Of a DNA stretch of 64,000 nucleotides, positions 13,810-27,085 are shown in pieces. The notes below the pieces were generated by a model. The model ran no database searches, was not told where the DNA came from, and saw nothing but the letters and a program-made list of their open reading frames with translations. Each line of letters begins with the position of its first letter. Position 1 is the first letter of the stretch. The stretch comes from Tubulanus polymorphus. Taxonomy: Eukaryota; Animalia; Nemertea. The stretch covers positions 12,199,263 to 12,263,262 of the forward strand of contig NC_134028.1 in NCBI RefSeq assembly GCF_964204645.1, written 5' to 3'. Made by a program: the position numbers and the translations under genes.

Positions 13810-16800
13810 AAATGATGATTAATTTTCAATAATTTGCTGATTTATATCAAAGTTAAAAGTATGATTGTCACCGAAGAGTAAAAATTTGCATTTCTGTGAG
13901 AGCGAAAGGGTTTCAATATTGTCCACAAGATTTGTTTGAATGAGAGTCAATTCTGCAAAAAGAGATGCTATATTGGTTAATTGGGCAGGTTGCTGACATT
14001 GAATTAAGAAATGCTTTGTATTTAGAAATCTATTGCAATAGTTACAGTTAGGGGATAACATATCTATAAAATTATGACGGTAGAGCTGACCTTGAAGTAA
14101 GAAATCTGCACAAATCCTATTCAGGTTAATATCTTCAGATCGGTTTAAATTTGGAAGCTGCAGAGTAGAAATTACAGATAAACTGGTCTTGCAGTGTAGT
14201 ATCTTTGAATTGCGAAAAAGTGGGGCAGCTCCTGATATCAATATGTGTATCATTCCAGGATTCCATTAACCGAAAATAAGGAGAATTCAATTTTTGAAGA
14301 TATAGTGGCCGGAATTCGAAATGGACGTTGCATTCGTGTTGTTCATTCTCTAAGGTTATCTCTAAAACTCCTAAAAAATGATTGAACATAGGATGGACAA
14401 TGTCCTAATTCTACTTTATACATAAATTGCTGAAGCCGTTCTTTAAGTCTTGAGGCAAGCGTTAACCAATTAAATATATTTAAAACCTTTGAGGTGTAAG
14501 AACCTTGTAAACAATCCGATACCAATAGTGCTGCTTTATAAAGTAGACTTTCTAATTTTTCGTAAGACATTTTTGGAGCAATATTGTACAATATATCACA
14601 GTACTCATGTGGATAAATAAAGGATTTGTAGATTAAATTTAAATGCAAAGATCTAAGTTTTAATGACAAAGATCTAAGAGAATGTATACATTTAAGTACT
14701 TTCTCATAAATGGAGTTGACATTGAAAAGACAGGTTTGAGTCAAGTACAAATCCCAAATGCTTATGACTTTTTACTATTGGTATTGGATTGTTTCCTAAA
14801 TACATTTGATTAAGCCTAATTTCACCTCTTTTTGTAAACAGAAGGTCACAGCTTTTACTTGCTGTAAATTCTAATTTCCAAAGAAAAGTCCATGTTGATA
14901 TTTTTTGAAGATCATTTTGAAGGGTCATATTTGCAATATCAAGATTATTTGGATCAATTGGTGTATAAAGAGATGTATCATCAGCGTATAAAAATGCTGT
15001 ACTTATGCTGTAGTTTGTCTGGAAGGTCATTGATATAAAACAAAAACAAGTGGGCCCAAAATCGAACCTTACGGTACTGAGCAATTTATATCAGGGGATA
15101 ATTCTGATGTCATTCCATCAACTTGTGTTTGGATTTTTCTATCGTTCAAATATGAAGCTATAATTTTATATGATTTTCCACATATTCTGAGAATATGTTT
15201 TGAAACAGATCTGCTTTATCAATATTTGAAATACACTGTTTATAGTGCGTACATCCAGTAAAGGAGGGATTTTAGAAACAAATATATTGCCTATCAGCTT
15301 CTTAATGATAGTCCAATAATCCTTGCTTGACCTTGAGGTTGTATTGAGGTTTGCTAAAATACCTTGCTCATAGTTTGAGCGTGCTTCATTGAATGAACTG
15401 TTTACAACGATCGTTTGCCTTTTAAATTGAATATATATTTGTGGATTACCCGATTTTTTAAAAAGATGGTATAATTTATTTCTACTATTTATCCAGGGTT
15501 CATAGCCTCCAGGCCCAACTTAATTCAAGTACTTTCAAGGACCTATTTCAACAAAATTCAAGTATTATTTTCTGAAAAATACCATATAAACACTAGTATT
15601 TAAGGCAAATTTATTGCAATGAAAATTCCTTTATTGCAGAAATTTAAAAGAAGTACAAACGCAAATCATCATAAAGAAACATCCACTTTGGAATCTTTCA
15701 GCTTTATTTTAAGAAAGATTTACTACATGTATCAGAAATTAATAACTTTAAAACAAGAAATCTGTGGGCCTTTCAACGGAACTACAGGTAGACCTCGCCA
15801 TCAAAAAGACATACTATCGAAAGCAAAAGTAACAAAATTATACAAAATTAAATTACAGCTCATCCACCTATTTACAATCGATTAATTTGCTCCTTTTGAG
15901 TTTCGATGACTGAAATTAGCTCTTTAGAGCCGCTTCTCCCATCGAAGATATGTCAATGGTTTTGGCGCATATCTTGCACCTAGCTTCTGTTGAAATTGGT
16001 CTGCGTTGAATCCAACTTTTGTATGATTCATGCACCAACCAGGCGTCAGAGAAATAGCACTTTCCCATACTGGCCTATCTAATTTTGAATCCAACAAATT
16101 TCGATGACCGGCTTAAACGTCCAAATGATAACAGCTTATGCTTAATCATGATCAGCTCGGGATACCCTGACATAAAAAATCACTTTTCGATAGTTAATGC
16201 TCCAAAGATCGTCAAAATCAAGAACGGTCTTTATATTAATTTGAGGTCATCATTTATTACCAATAATCTATTTAGAATTATTTTGAAGTATTTTTGTTTG
16301 TTTATTTCATCACAACGGCATTTGTATATACGCGGCGCGCGATAGCGGTAGTGCCGCCATGTGTCTACTAATAGATTTGTATACGCATTGTCAGCAGTGA
16401 GCCACGTGGCTTATACATTTGTACTGTATATATACACAAGTCAGCAGTGTATATGAGTCTATAGCACGCTGACAGTACAGAGTCACAGCACTCTCACACG
16501 TGGTTGGCAGTGCGTGGGCATATTGAAGTCAATACAACAAACTAATTGACAAAATTTAGACAACATTAAAAATTCAAGGACTTCCAATGATTTTTACTGA
16601 AATTTTGAAAATTCAAGCATTTTCAAGGCCTTGAAAACGCATTTTGTGATTCAAGCACTATTAAGCACTTTCCAGGATCGCTACGAACCCTGTTATCTCA
16701 TGCTTGATATTGGCCCTAAACCATGGCTTAGAATTACTTTTGATATAAACTGATTTGTTTGGTAAGCTTATAGACTTAGAAAAAATTTCAGACAGTGCTT

Positions 16801-17520
16801 TAGTAAACTTAATGACCATCGTGTCAGTATCATCTTCATTAAAAATTGAATTCCAGTCTGTGTTTATAAAATTAGCACTAACTTTAGTCTCGCCACAGGC
16901 ATCATAGTGCCATATACATTTTTTGTAAACAGATTTTTCTTGGACAACTATCATTTAGCTTTAGTACCAACGAACTATGGTCTGTTCCACCAATAGGTGC
17001 ATAAACAGAGTGAGTATTTACAAGTCCTGGTGAATCACAAAATATTAAATCTACACAGGAAGAACTATTTTTAACTACCCTAGTAGGTACAGAAACAAGT
17101 TGAAGCATATTCGAATCATCCATAATAGATTTTAGTTCCCTACCAAATTAATCAGTGACATCAGTGTTACACCATAAATTATGTTTACAGTTAAAATCAC
17201 CCATGACAATTACCGAATATTCAGAAAGATCATTTGAGTTATGAGCCATTTGAATAGAATCCTGTTACAAATTAAAGTAGGCATGGCAGTCCTCAGAATT
17301 CTGTGAGGGAGACCTATAATAGAAACCAAGGTGAAATTAACTATGGTTTATGTCTGTTGCCAACCAAATGGCATTACTATTTAATTCCCATTCATTAAGT
17401 CCTGACGTACTTTACAAGATACTGAATTATGAACATAAACAATCAGACCACGATTTAACTTAAAATAGTGTATAATATCAAAATCTTTAATCATATATTC
17501 ATTGATGGGTATGTCTCCCA
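13810..17520 (-). mobile_element. LINE (CR1/L2-group) ORF2, decayed: APE, linker, RT and C-terminal Cys motif
   Basis: IVMGDFN, PTRVVKNSSSCVDLIF..GTDH, KPWF, FLYADDTSLY, HKHLG, CNYC..TKHFLIQC. Multiple frameshifts; interrupted at 15494-16692. Confidence 0.9.
15494..16692. mobile_element. Non-autonomous DNA transposon, CAGGGTTC TIRs, 5-bp TSD (hAT5-like)
   Basis: TTATC|CAGGGTTCATAGC...GCTACGAACCCTG|TTATC. Removing it restores the LINE frame WFRANIKHEINSRNKLYH. Subterminal TTCAAG repeats at both ends. Confidence 0.88.
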
Positions 17521-17529
17521 CTTATCCGT

Positions 17530-17650
17530 GCAAGATGATAACGAGAGAAATCCCACAATGAATTCAGCCAAAACGAGACACTTGAATAGAAGAGTATATA
17601 TATTTGCGCAAAGTTTCCGCTAAAGACTATAAGCCATCATCAGGCGTGAT
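17530..17650 (-). mobile_element. Penelope-like pLTR fragment with hammerhead-like core
   Basis: Minus strand reads CCTGATGATGGCTTATAGTCTTTAGCGGAAACTTTGCGCAAA. About 100 bp are shared with 7395-7495. Confidence 0.6.
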
Positions 17651-18638
17651 TTTTACAATGTCGTACAAGGATGCGTGCAAAAATTTCAGAGTCAGCTTGT
17701 CAAAGCATCGAAACAATACAATCTTACTTGTTTATGTCTCAGTTGCAGTGGGGCAAAGCGGTCATTATGTTGCTGACTTATCACTTACACAGCCCAACGT
17801 TTTTCAATGCGTAAACTCGAACAGGGACATTGAGGAATTGGATTTCAGCCACATGAGCCCTCAGCTTGATTCAAGCAAAAGACCTTAAATGACTTCACAG
17901 AATTTGATTAAGAGTCCAGGATTTTCTAAATTTCTGAATGCTTTCTCTGGTTTTAAGATCAATTCAACTTCAATCTTGAATACAAAAACATTAGTCAAAA
18001 TAATAATTATTTTATTGAAAGAAATTCCACTGAACACAGATTTTGAAACTTGTTCATTTATCCAGGCGAAAAATTACAGCAAAATCAACTGGCAATCAAC
18101 CAGGTGAAGTTTCCATTTATCTTCGGATAATTTGTCTACCCCTGATGATACAAGCATTTTGGCTACACCTTTTGAAACCTCAATGCTTTATCTACTTGCG
18201 CCAATTAGTCAGCCACAGTCGATTTTCATGCCATCTGACCTCTTTCCACCTGTAATTAAGCGATCAAATGCAAGAATTACTCAGTTATATAATATCATAG
18301 AGGAGCGAAAGAAAGTATAATAGATATCTTATATAGCACGACTGATTACCAATCCAAATATTTCAAACATGGCATAAGGAACAAAGTGCCCCTGGGCACT
18401 GTTAAATTCAGTGCAGAAGTTAGTGAATCGAAGGAGTTTTTCATATCCACCATACTAGAACATACATAGGCTTAGTAAGGTGCTCAATCAGCTCATACAT
18501 GACATAGAAGGAAATGCATGTTATAAAAGTATAAGTTAATTAGATTTTAAATGATGAACAGTTGTTTCTACAAGGAAGAGAAAGTTAATATCTAACACAT
18601 TTCAACCCTTACAATATACTACAACCATATGGCATATG

Positions 18639-19270
18639 CAGGGAGGAAAGTCACCAGAGAAGAAAAATGCGGAAAAATAAAAGATACACACGTACACCAC
18701 CTTTCGAAGCAACCCTGGGGGTTTGAAAAATTTTTTGAAATTAAAAGCATTTTTGAGCACTTAAGAGCAATCTCGAGCCAATAATAAACGATCACCATAT
18801 TTAGAAAAGTAATGTCTATTTCCAATGCGGCACATCCACATTTCACTAACAATCAGCATCTCAAGCAGTAGAGGTCGAACCCCTAGATAAGTAAACAGTG
18901 CGCTGAATGTATTGAGTATAGACACTCAAGACATGCAGTATGTTTTCTCACTATACGTACTACTACTGGCGGCTATAAATAGCCTACGCGTACATATAAG
19001 GTCACGTCACACAGGTGCACAGCTAACGCCAAAAGATCGATAATTGAAACAGAAGGAAATGAATACACTTGTTTGACGTCAGTAATAGAATCTAAAAGTA
19101 GAACGAAATAAATGTTGTCCGGTCTGCGCACTTTTACGGCCACCGGTACCAACAAATTGAATAAACCCTACCCCCTCACATTTTCTCATCATTTTTAGGC
19201 TTCTCAGAAAAATGACTTCGGACTTGAAAAATCCAGAATTCCGGATAAATCCGGAAAACTTTCCTCCCTG
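18639..19270. mobile_element. Non-autonomous DNA transposon, 13-bp TIR CAGGGAGGAAAGT, probable 6-bp TSD
   Basis: CATATG|CAGGGAGGAAAGT...ACTTTCCTCCCTG|CATACG. Confidence 0.78.
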
Positions 19271-22200
19271 CATACGGTACAAATTGGCAAGCTAGCATAC
19301 CTGTACCGTATGTGATACAATATACCGCTGAGACTAAAGTCCCAAGTGGGCTAAAAATGGATACCTTGTCTCTCCACTCTTTGTGGACTCAGCCAGGCAC
19401 CTATCTACTCTGTACATTACTTTTTTAAACAATGATCAATGAAATTTTACCATAAGACACTTCTGGCAGCTTTAGAAATGAACCGATTACTAAGTTTATA
19501 CCATTTTACAACCAGAAAGATTCTTTCTGTGTGGTCAGGTTAGCAACAAGTTCGACATTCAAATGAATTCTCTATCTATTCTTAGACTACAGTAGATCTG
19601 TTCGATATGAACAATATGAAGTGTGAGCGATATTTACTGGCCGGACAGAAGCAAGTCTATGTTCCTTCGTTGTATCATTCTACTAGCAATGCAGTTTTAA
19701 CCACGCCATACGAATAAGGGGGCAGATCATAGCTACCCTGCTATGTTTCCGTCTCATCATATACCTTAGCGTCAAGCTGTCGCGCACATAAGATGCATAG
19801 GTAGACAAGATGAAACCCACGCAGAGACAGGATCTTAGCGAGTAGGCCCTATAGAGTGCAGCGTTTGAATTCAACTATATACTACGAAACATTGGTCGAC
19901 CTGTATGGTGTTAATAACGCGAATTAGAATTGTTTAAAATTCATCTGCATATCGATACAAACGTTTTTTTCATTACGATAACCCCGGGCGTATGCATAAT
20001 TAATTTTAGTTCAAATATTTTCAAACAAATCTTTTTTTATCAAGAGAATATCCTTTATCTAAAGATTAACGGCTTCGTTGATTTTGGTGAGCTTCATGTG
20101 TTACTAAAACAAGGGCGCTATCATCACAGCTCCGCAGTATATACTGCAAACTACGCCGCGCATGAACATGCAATTTTCAGCACAGTACAAGAATAAATTG
20201 CCCATGGTACTTACAGCATCTGAGACAATCGAGGTCATTGCAATTTTATACGCAAGAGCTAAGAATTTTCCCATCAAAAACAGTTTTTCGTAGAATAAGA
20301 CCATGTCATCGACGGAGGTTCGCTATGTCTTTGATCGCATCTATTATACGTTGTTTAAGCCGAGAACCAATGAAACAAATGCTCACATAAAAAAACGATT
20401 TTACATAATTAGCTCAATGCCAACTTCAATATCGCTAACAAAGGTAAACCAAAAAATGAAGAATTTTATATGTTGTATCGGTGATGTATAAAAGCCTACT
20501 TGTAAATTCGACAGCAAATGCAGTACAAATCCGCTCATGTTTTGTTTACGTTAGTAGATCAAGGTGATGTCATACTACATCGCTTTAAGTCCCCAAATAT
20601 TGCATAAATTGCCAATTTACCCAATTTAGGCTTCACCAATTGGTTTCCAAAGGCAGTCGCCACTTAGCTGCCATGATAACAGCCAACTTAATGCAGTCCT
20701 TAGCCCGTGAATCATTTCACACTCGGAGGGTCAACACAAATTCAACACTCTGCATTATACTAATAGATTTCAGCTGCGCTGAATCTTAAAAACAATTACA
20801 CTAAGTTCAAGTGCTTACAGCATCTGAGACAGTTGTGCTTCAGTTACAACTTTGACTGCCAATGACAAAAAAAGCTTGATTTGAAACGTACACTTACACT
20901 GTGGTTAAAATATATTCCCACCAGCTGCAAGCATCTGCAAAGGAATTGAAGATCATAGTGACCAGTTCATTCCACTAATAATAGCTGGAAAGAAAGTAAT
21001 CGAAATAAATAGTCGTACACATGAGTGTAAACCAGCCCCTTACTAAAAAACTTGGGCTTTCCACTTGCTCTACACACTTCATTTAGGGCCTGAATCTATT
21101 CTAGGTGTATCCTCCAAAAAAGCTAGGCATCATATAGGTAGCCCAGTCGAAAGGTGACCTTAACTGCAGTTAGAACAAGATATCATATTCAAACATTCCC
21201 TGGTTAACAGATTCTCACCTTAAATTACATGAACCCTGCTGTCGTTGTCATTGATCAGAGTCAAGTGAACACAGAAGTAAAATTCTGTATGAAAATTCCT
21301 ACCATTTCTGTCCATATTAAGTTGATTTCAGCCAAAATTCTTCAGGAAATGTAGCCAACGTAAATTGATTTACGAATAAATCAAGTGACTCACTTTAGGG
21401 ATCATGGTTATGTCAAATTCATTAGTCCTAAGACTTGCGACAAATTTAAGCCGACAATGATTTTAACCATCTGCCATGATATAACATTAATAAGACACTT
21501 GTTGCGCACCAGCCGTAGTTATTGCACGCGGGAAATGACGGATCAGGACTCATTTAAATCCGAATCCATGATTGATCCATACGGTTGAGTTTGACGCTCA
21601 AGGTTGTCTGGTAATTTGTAGGCTTTTCGGGGTGTACTTTTATCAATGGATAATGATTCTTTGCGATATCTTGTTGCTGTTTAGACCCAGTAATTACGCA
21701 GGATAAATTCATAACAAATTACTATATGCAAATTCGAAACGGTCAGACACTAAGTTCTTTCTGTCAGAATTAAAAAGTACGTTAATAAGCTGTTAGTATT
21801 TTGCATTTTATGAAAAAAATTTGGCTGGAAAGTGGAAAAGTAATAATCATGAGAATTACAAGAGGTCCATGGATCTTGAAACTTCGGCGAGATAATCCAG
21901 TTTGGGGAAAGGAACGAGTCCCGCCTCACCGGGCAGGCTGGATCAATGTTTTTAAACGTATCAATTACATTTACATGTAAGTCTTAATTTTAAAATATGC
22001 TTGTTTACTGGGCTTATTTTCTCAAAGATCCACATGAGCTGAAACTATTCGCTGGTAATTCCTTTTGAGGTTTATGTTTGGTGCTCTATCTGACCAATCC
22101 AGTTTCAAACAGCATATCAGTGAATACCTCTAAAAAGCAGGTGAATAACAGCCACAGCTTCACGGAGAAAGCGAAAAATGGTTGTCCAACTTATTCAAAC

Positions 22201-22799
22201 TTTATTGAAAACATTTTCAAAAAAATTGCAATAAAAAATGAACATTACATAAAGACCTGATTATAGCACATGATTTGTCATTACAAACACAGTTAATAAT
22301 GAAACGATATAAAATATTTCAGCAATTTTACTTAAGGACTTGTTAAAAAGTAAAAAAAAAAATCAACAAGACTCTTTGCTATTAGGACTTAAAGGTTAGT
22401 CGTTATCACTAGCAAAGTATCAATAAGCTTGGACATTTTAATTCAATGCGAACTTCCTTAAAATCAGATCCTGAGCCGGTCATTTAGATAGTACGGAGAT
22501 ATATAGGTCACCCCACCGTGACGTGGCGTCACACCCTGCAAGTAGCGTGCGTACTGTGACTGTGTCGTCCGGTCACAGTTAGCATTCAAAGAGTTTTAAC
22601 TAACTTGTACAAGAAATTCTATGGTCACACCAACATAAACATTGAACCATGCTCTTTATTTTCTGGATTTGAAGTGAAGATAGGTGGCTGAATGAAACAT
22701 ATGATCAAAATCGACCTGCTGCTCAATATTTTTGAAAACGCAAAACAGTTTGATTGACAACTAGTTGCTGAGGAACAGTGAGTCCATTGAGACTTGAAT

Positions 22800-23040
22800 T
22801 GTATTAGCTTCAACTTTTTTTTAAATGTGCGGTCTGAGGGAAATTCAATGTCCGATCTATCACTATTGCACCTGCTGGTATCACTAGGTTGTTTCAGATA
22901 GGTAATGCCTTTACTCCGGTAGAGAATCGAATTTGAAGCTATTCCGAGGAAAACTGTGTTTGCTGTAGTATAGACGAATAGAAACCACTGTCTAGTGTAG
23001 ATAGTGATTGTATGTATCATTCAACATCCATTTGACAAAT
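22800..23040 (-). pseudogene. Putative decayed exon (3' boundary uncertain)
   Basis: Acceptor TTTTTATTGTTTCAG. Phase-0 frame ICQMDVE*YIQSLSTLDSGFYSSILQQ.. with TGA/TAG stops explicable by C>T changes. Confidence 0.35.
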
Positions 23041-23831
23041 CTGAAACAATAAAAAAGTACCAATATAGTTTCTGCCTAATCGAAACACAAATAACAAGAA
23101 ACGAAATTCTTAATATGGACTTTCCTGAATTTACATGAGTGTATGTTTAATCAGCATCAAAATTAAACATTGGTACTCTAGATTAGAGATTATAAGCGGA
23201 ACAAATGAAAAATAGTGAAAACTATTGGATTGAATTCAAATGATGGGAGAAGACTGACTTTTTACAGATAATTAGATTGAAAATAAGTACGGAAAATATC
23301 AAGAAAAAAAAATTTCTTTTCTTGAATTATGAGTGGAAATGCATAGGCCTACCTATCTTCGGCATCAAGTTTTTGGCAGAATTTCAGAGAATCCGTGCTC
23401 GAAGTAATCAAACTAGGGGTCCAGGGACACCATGCCCACTTTGGAAGTGGTTTCAAATGCTCAACAATCTAACAATTTCAATATTCAATGCCCCCTGGTG
23501 ACAATATACAAAAACCAATGACCTTGAAACTCCCTACAATCATAGAATATGTCAGCAGTGTCGGGAGTTTTCCTCCAATTTGAATTTGCCGCCGTATTGG
23601 TGCTATACGTAACTTTTGGCGGGTTCCCGTGATTCTACCCGGTCTGCGCATGCCTACCGGAAAATACAAAATGAAATGGTGTATGAGCCTTCGCAAGCAA
23701 GGTGTCAACTTATATGGAATATTATTGTTAATAAATCGTTGTTCGTTAATGAAATCAGTGTTAATTATATCGATCGTCATGATATAAATGGTCCCTCGAG
23801 CCGGATTAGAAGTTTAGGACAAATCGTCATC

Positions 23832-24900
23832 ATGACCACTACTAAAGAAGACACGTTAAAAAATTTGAAAGGAATCAGAAAAGGACTTCGCTCCGTAATC
23901 ACAAGGTATGTGAATGACACCTACTGTTTAATGGATAGTTATTCAGAAGAATATGGAAAAATAAACGATTTCGCGAACAAGATCACAAATAAATTTGCAG
24001 ACCTTACGTCAAATCACGATCTTATCGTATCATTGTTGGATACGGACTCTGATATCGAAAACGAATATGTTGATGATGATAGTTACAAAAGATCGGTGGA
24101 TGATTTGATTCGGAAAGCGAAAAGTTATACGCGGGATAAACTGAGCCAGCCCATCAATTTCAGTGATATACGGGATATAAACAAATTCACATATTTCAAA
24201 GAATGTTTGAGTGGCGAAGCACTCTCTTGTATATCTGGATTAACGCGTTCGAACAAGAATTATCAACTTGCCGTTAGCATTTTGAAGGAGCGATTTGGAA
24301 ACACAAATCGGTTGATTAATGGTTATATGAAAGCATTGTTGAAGATGAATGAACCGGTTTATACAGCAACGGGAGTTAGATCTTTTTACGATAAGTTAGT
24401 TCTTTATGTTCGATCATTGGAAAATCTCGGTGAAAAATCGGATGGCTATGGTAAAGTATTAGTTCCCGTTTAGTTAGAGCGATTACCGCTTCGGTTGATA
24501 CAGGATATGACGCGTGGGAAAAAATTCGAGGAACCGTGGCAGTTTGAAGAACTTTTAGAGTGTTTAAAACGAGAACTTGATATCCTTGAAATGTGTGTGA
24601 AAGAAGAAACAAATGAAACAAAATCGAACAATTTTGGTTCTGAAAATCAAGTTGGTATTTTTTCTAGGTGCAAAACAAAAGATTCAAAATCAAAAGTATG
24701 AATTATCCTCTCGCAATTGTAGTTATTGTAATGATAAACACGCATCTGTGAATTGTACAAAGTTTACCACTGTGGTTGATCGAAAAAAAATTATACGAGA
24801 AAAGCAATTGTGCTTTAACTGTCTTAGGCAAGGTCAAAGATCTGGAAATTGTAGATCTGAAACCTGAAGTAAATCTTGCACTGGAAAACACCACACTAGT
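23832..24900 (+). pseudogene. gag: BEL/Pao gag, disrupted
   Basis: ATG at 23832 (MTTTKEDTLK). Pieces in ORFs 23616-24473, 24495-24701 and 24613-24867 separated by stops and a frameshift. Confidence 0.85.
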
Positions 24901-24906
24901 GTTTGT

Positions 24907-26601
24907 ATGAAATCAGCCAACATTATTGGTGATAGATCAAATTTAATGCAATTGAAATATTCTAGTTCGAATCCTGTTTATGAGAACACTACATGTACAA
25001 GTAGCAATACCCAAATTGGGGCTACTAATAGCAAAACTTCTGGTTCCGTGTCAAGTAAAAATGTTTTAGAAGGTATGACAGATACTGTGAACTCAGATTC
25101 GAGTTCGTTCAATCATAACGACTGTGTGCTATTGAAAACTGCCATAGTCAGTGTTGCTAGTAGATATTGTTCATGCGTCGCCGCTGCACTATTTGATGAC
25201 ACCTCACAGAGAACCTTTATATGCCAATCTTTAGCTAAAGAATTGAATCTAAATAGAATTCGATCGGAACAAGTTAACATTTCATGTTTTGGGGGAAGTA
25301 ATTCCTTGGCTCAATTCCGCGCAATGGACGTAGTAGAATTATTTATCGTATGTAGTGACGCGTCGGTACGCTTAGAGGCAAGAGTGATACCACGTATAGC
25401 CCTACCTTTCGTTCTTGGTGATCATTCTATTCTCAGAAAGTTTCCTTATCTAGCTAATTTACAATTAACTCATCCGATTGATGATTGTGGTAACAATTTC
25501 AATGTAGAACTATTAATGGGGTCAGATTTCTACTATAATTTTATACTAGATTCGCAGATTCGTCCAGAGAATAACATAGGCCCCATTGCTATTGCATCGA
25601 AAGTGGGTTATTTTGTGAGTGGTCCAGTTCCAGACATGGAAGCTCATAATAGTAACAATTATACCTCATCATTTATAAGTTCTCTTGCAGAAAACGATGA
25701 TGACTTATCAAATTTACAAGACTTCTTGACATTGGAGTCAATCGGTGTACAACATCCAGATGAACTCGGTGACTCTAAGACAACAACTGTTGACAGCTAT
25801 TGTGAGAATTCTCTGACTTATGACGAGGATGGACAGAAATACATAGCCCGCCTTCCATGGAAACTTCAACATCAACAACTACCTAGTAATTATTTTTTAT
25901 GTCTGAAACGCACCCAGTCAACCATTAACAGATTAGCTAAGACAGGACATCTTGCTGTGTATGCCGCTATCATTGAAGAGCAACGACAGAGAGGTTTCAT
26001 TGAGGAAGTACATAATGCTTCGTCTCACAATGTTCCTTGTCACTACATTCCACATCTTGCAGTTCATCGCAATTCAGCTACTACTCCGCTGAGGATCGCC
26101 TACGATTGTTCTTCTAAGACATCGGCAGATTCAGTTTCCTTAAACGATTGCTTAGATTCAGTTTCCTTAAACGATGGCCCTCATTTACAAAACAACATCC
26201 TTGATATTCTTCTCAGATTTCGTCGTTTCAAGTTTGTAGCTGTGTCCGACATAGAGAAGACCTTCCTAATGATAGAATTGCACGAAGATGACCGTGATTT
26301 TACCAGATTTCTCTGGCTAAAAGATCCTTCAAATCCTGATATTGAACTGATTACAATGCAATTTAAAGTTGTTTTGTTTGGCGCTACAAGTTCACCATTC
26401 ATTCTGAATGCCACTATTTCAAAGCATTTACTGCTTAATCCAGGGTTTGTTTCTGACGCGATTCTACCCAATGTCTATGTTGACAATTTCATTTCTACGT
26501 TCGTTGATGAATCGGTGGTTGTTCAGTTTTATAAGCAAACCAGAGAGATGTTTTTAATGCCAGAGCCTGGTCTAGTAATTCACAGATGTTACTCGACTTA
26601 G
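24907..26601 (+). pseudogene. pol: BEL/Pao protease-RT segment
   Basis: 564-aa open segment with LLKTA..ALFD, YIPHLAV..TTPLRIAYD, GPHLQNNILDILLRFR, YVDN. Frameshifted at its 3' end. Confidence 0.9.
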
Positions 26602-26790
26602 CAAAATCGGATGGGGTTCTTGATGCAACTACTCCGACTTCTATTCTCCGGTTGAAGTGGAACTCATTCAAAGATAGTCTTGGTTTTGAAACATAAAAGT
26701 TTGATCGACACGTTGAAGTAACAAAACGTCAAATTCTAAGTGATGTATCCAAACTCTACGATCCCCTGGGATTAGTATCTCCTGTAACCG

Positions 26791-27085
26791 TGTCACGTTT
26801 ACACGTGTATTATGTTTACATGTAATATGTTTGTATATGTTTGTCGGAATGAACCTATCACTGCTCTAATATTTATTATAATCAGTCACGTGGTATAACC
26901 TTATATATTGCTGCAAGTTCTTGAATAAACGTCGTTGTTAAATCGGATTTCAGTTTGTTCGGTTATTCGTTTAAAAGTCGTCGTACAGTCACGACATTTT
27001 GGTCCCTTGAGTCAGGGAAGATTATTCTACGATTTTTGTTCGAAAATCACTATGTCATACGATACGAAAAAGAAATTGAAAACTC
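26791..27085 (+). mobile_element. LTR + PBS + gag start of a second BEL-like element nested in the first
   Basis: TGTCACG...AATAAA...CACGACA (26791-26996), then TTTTGGTCCCTTGAG (PBS-like) and ATG MSYDTKKKLKTL. Flanked by a 41-bp direct duplication of host pol. Confidence 0.8.

Noticed and set aside
26128-26175. DSVSLND duplication in BEL pol
   Set aside because: Simple 27-bp slippage duplication in a dead element.
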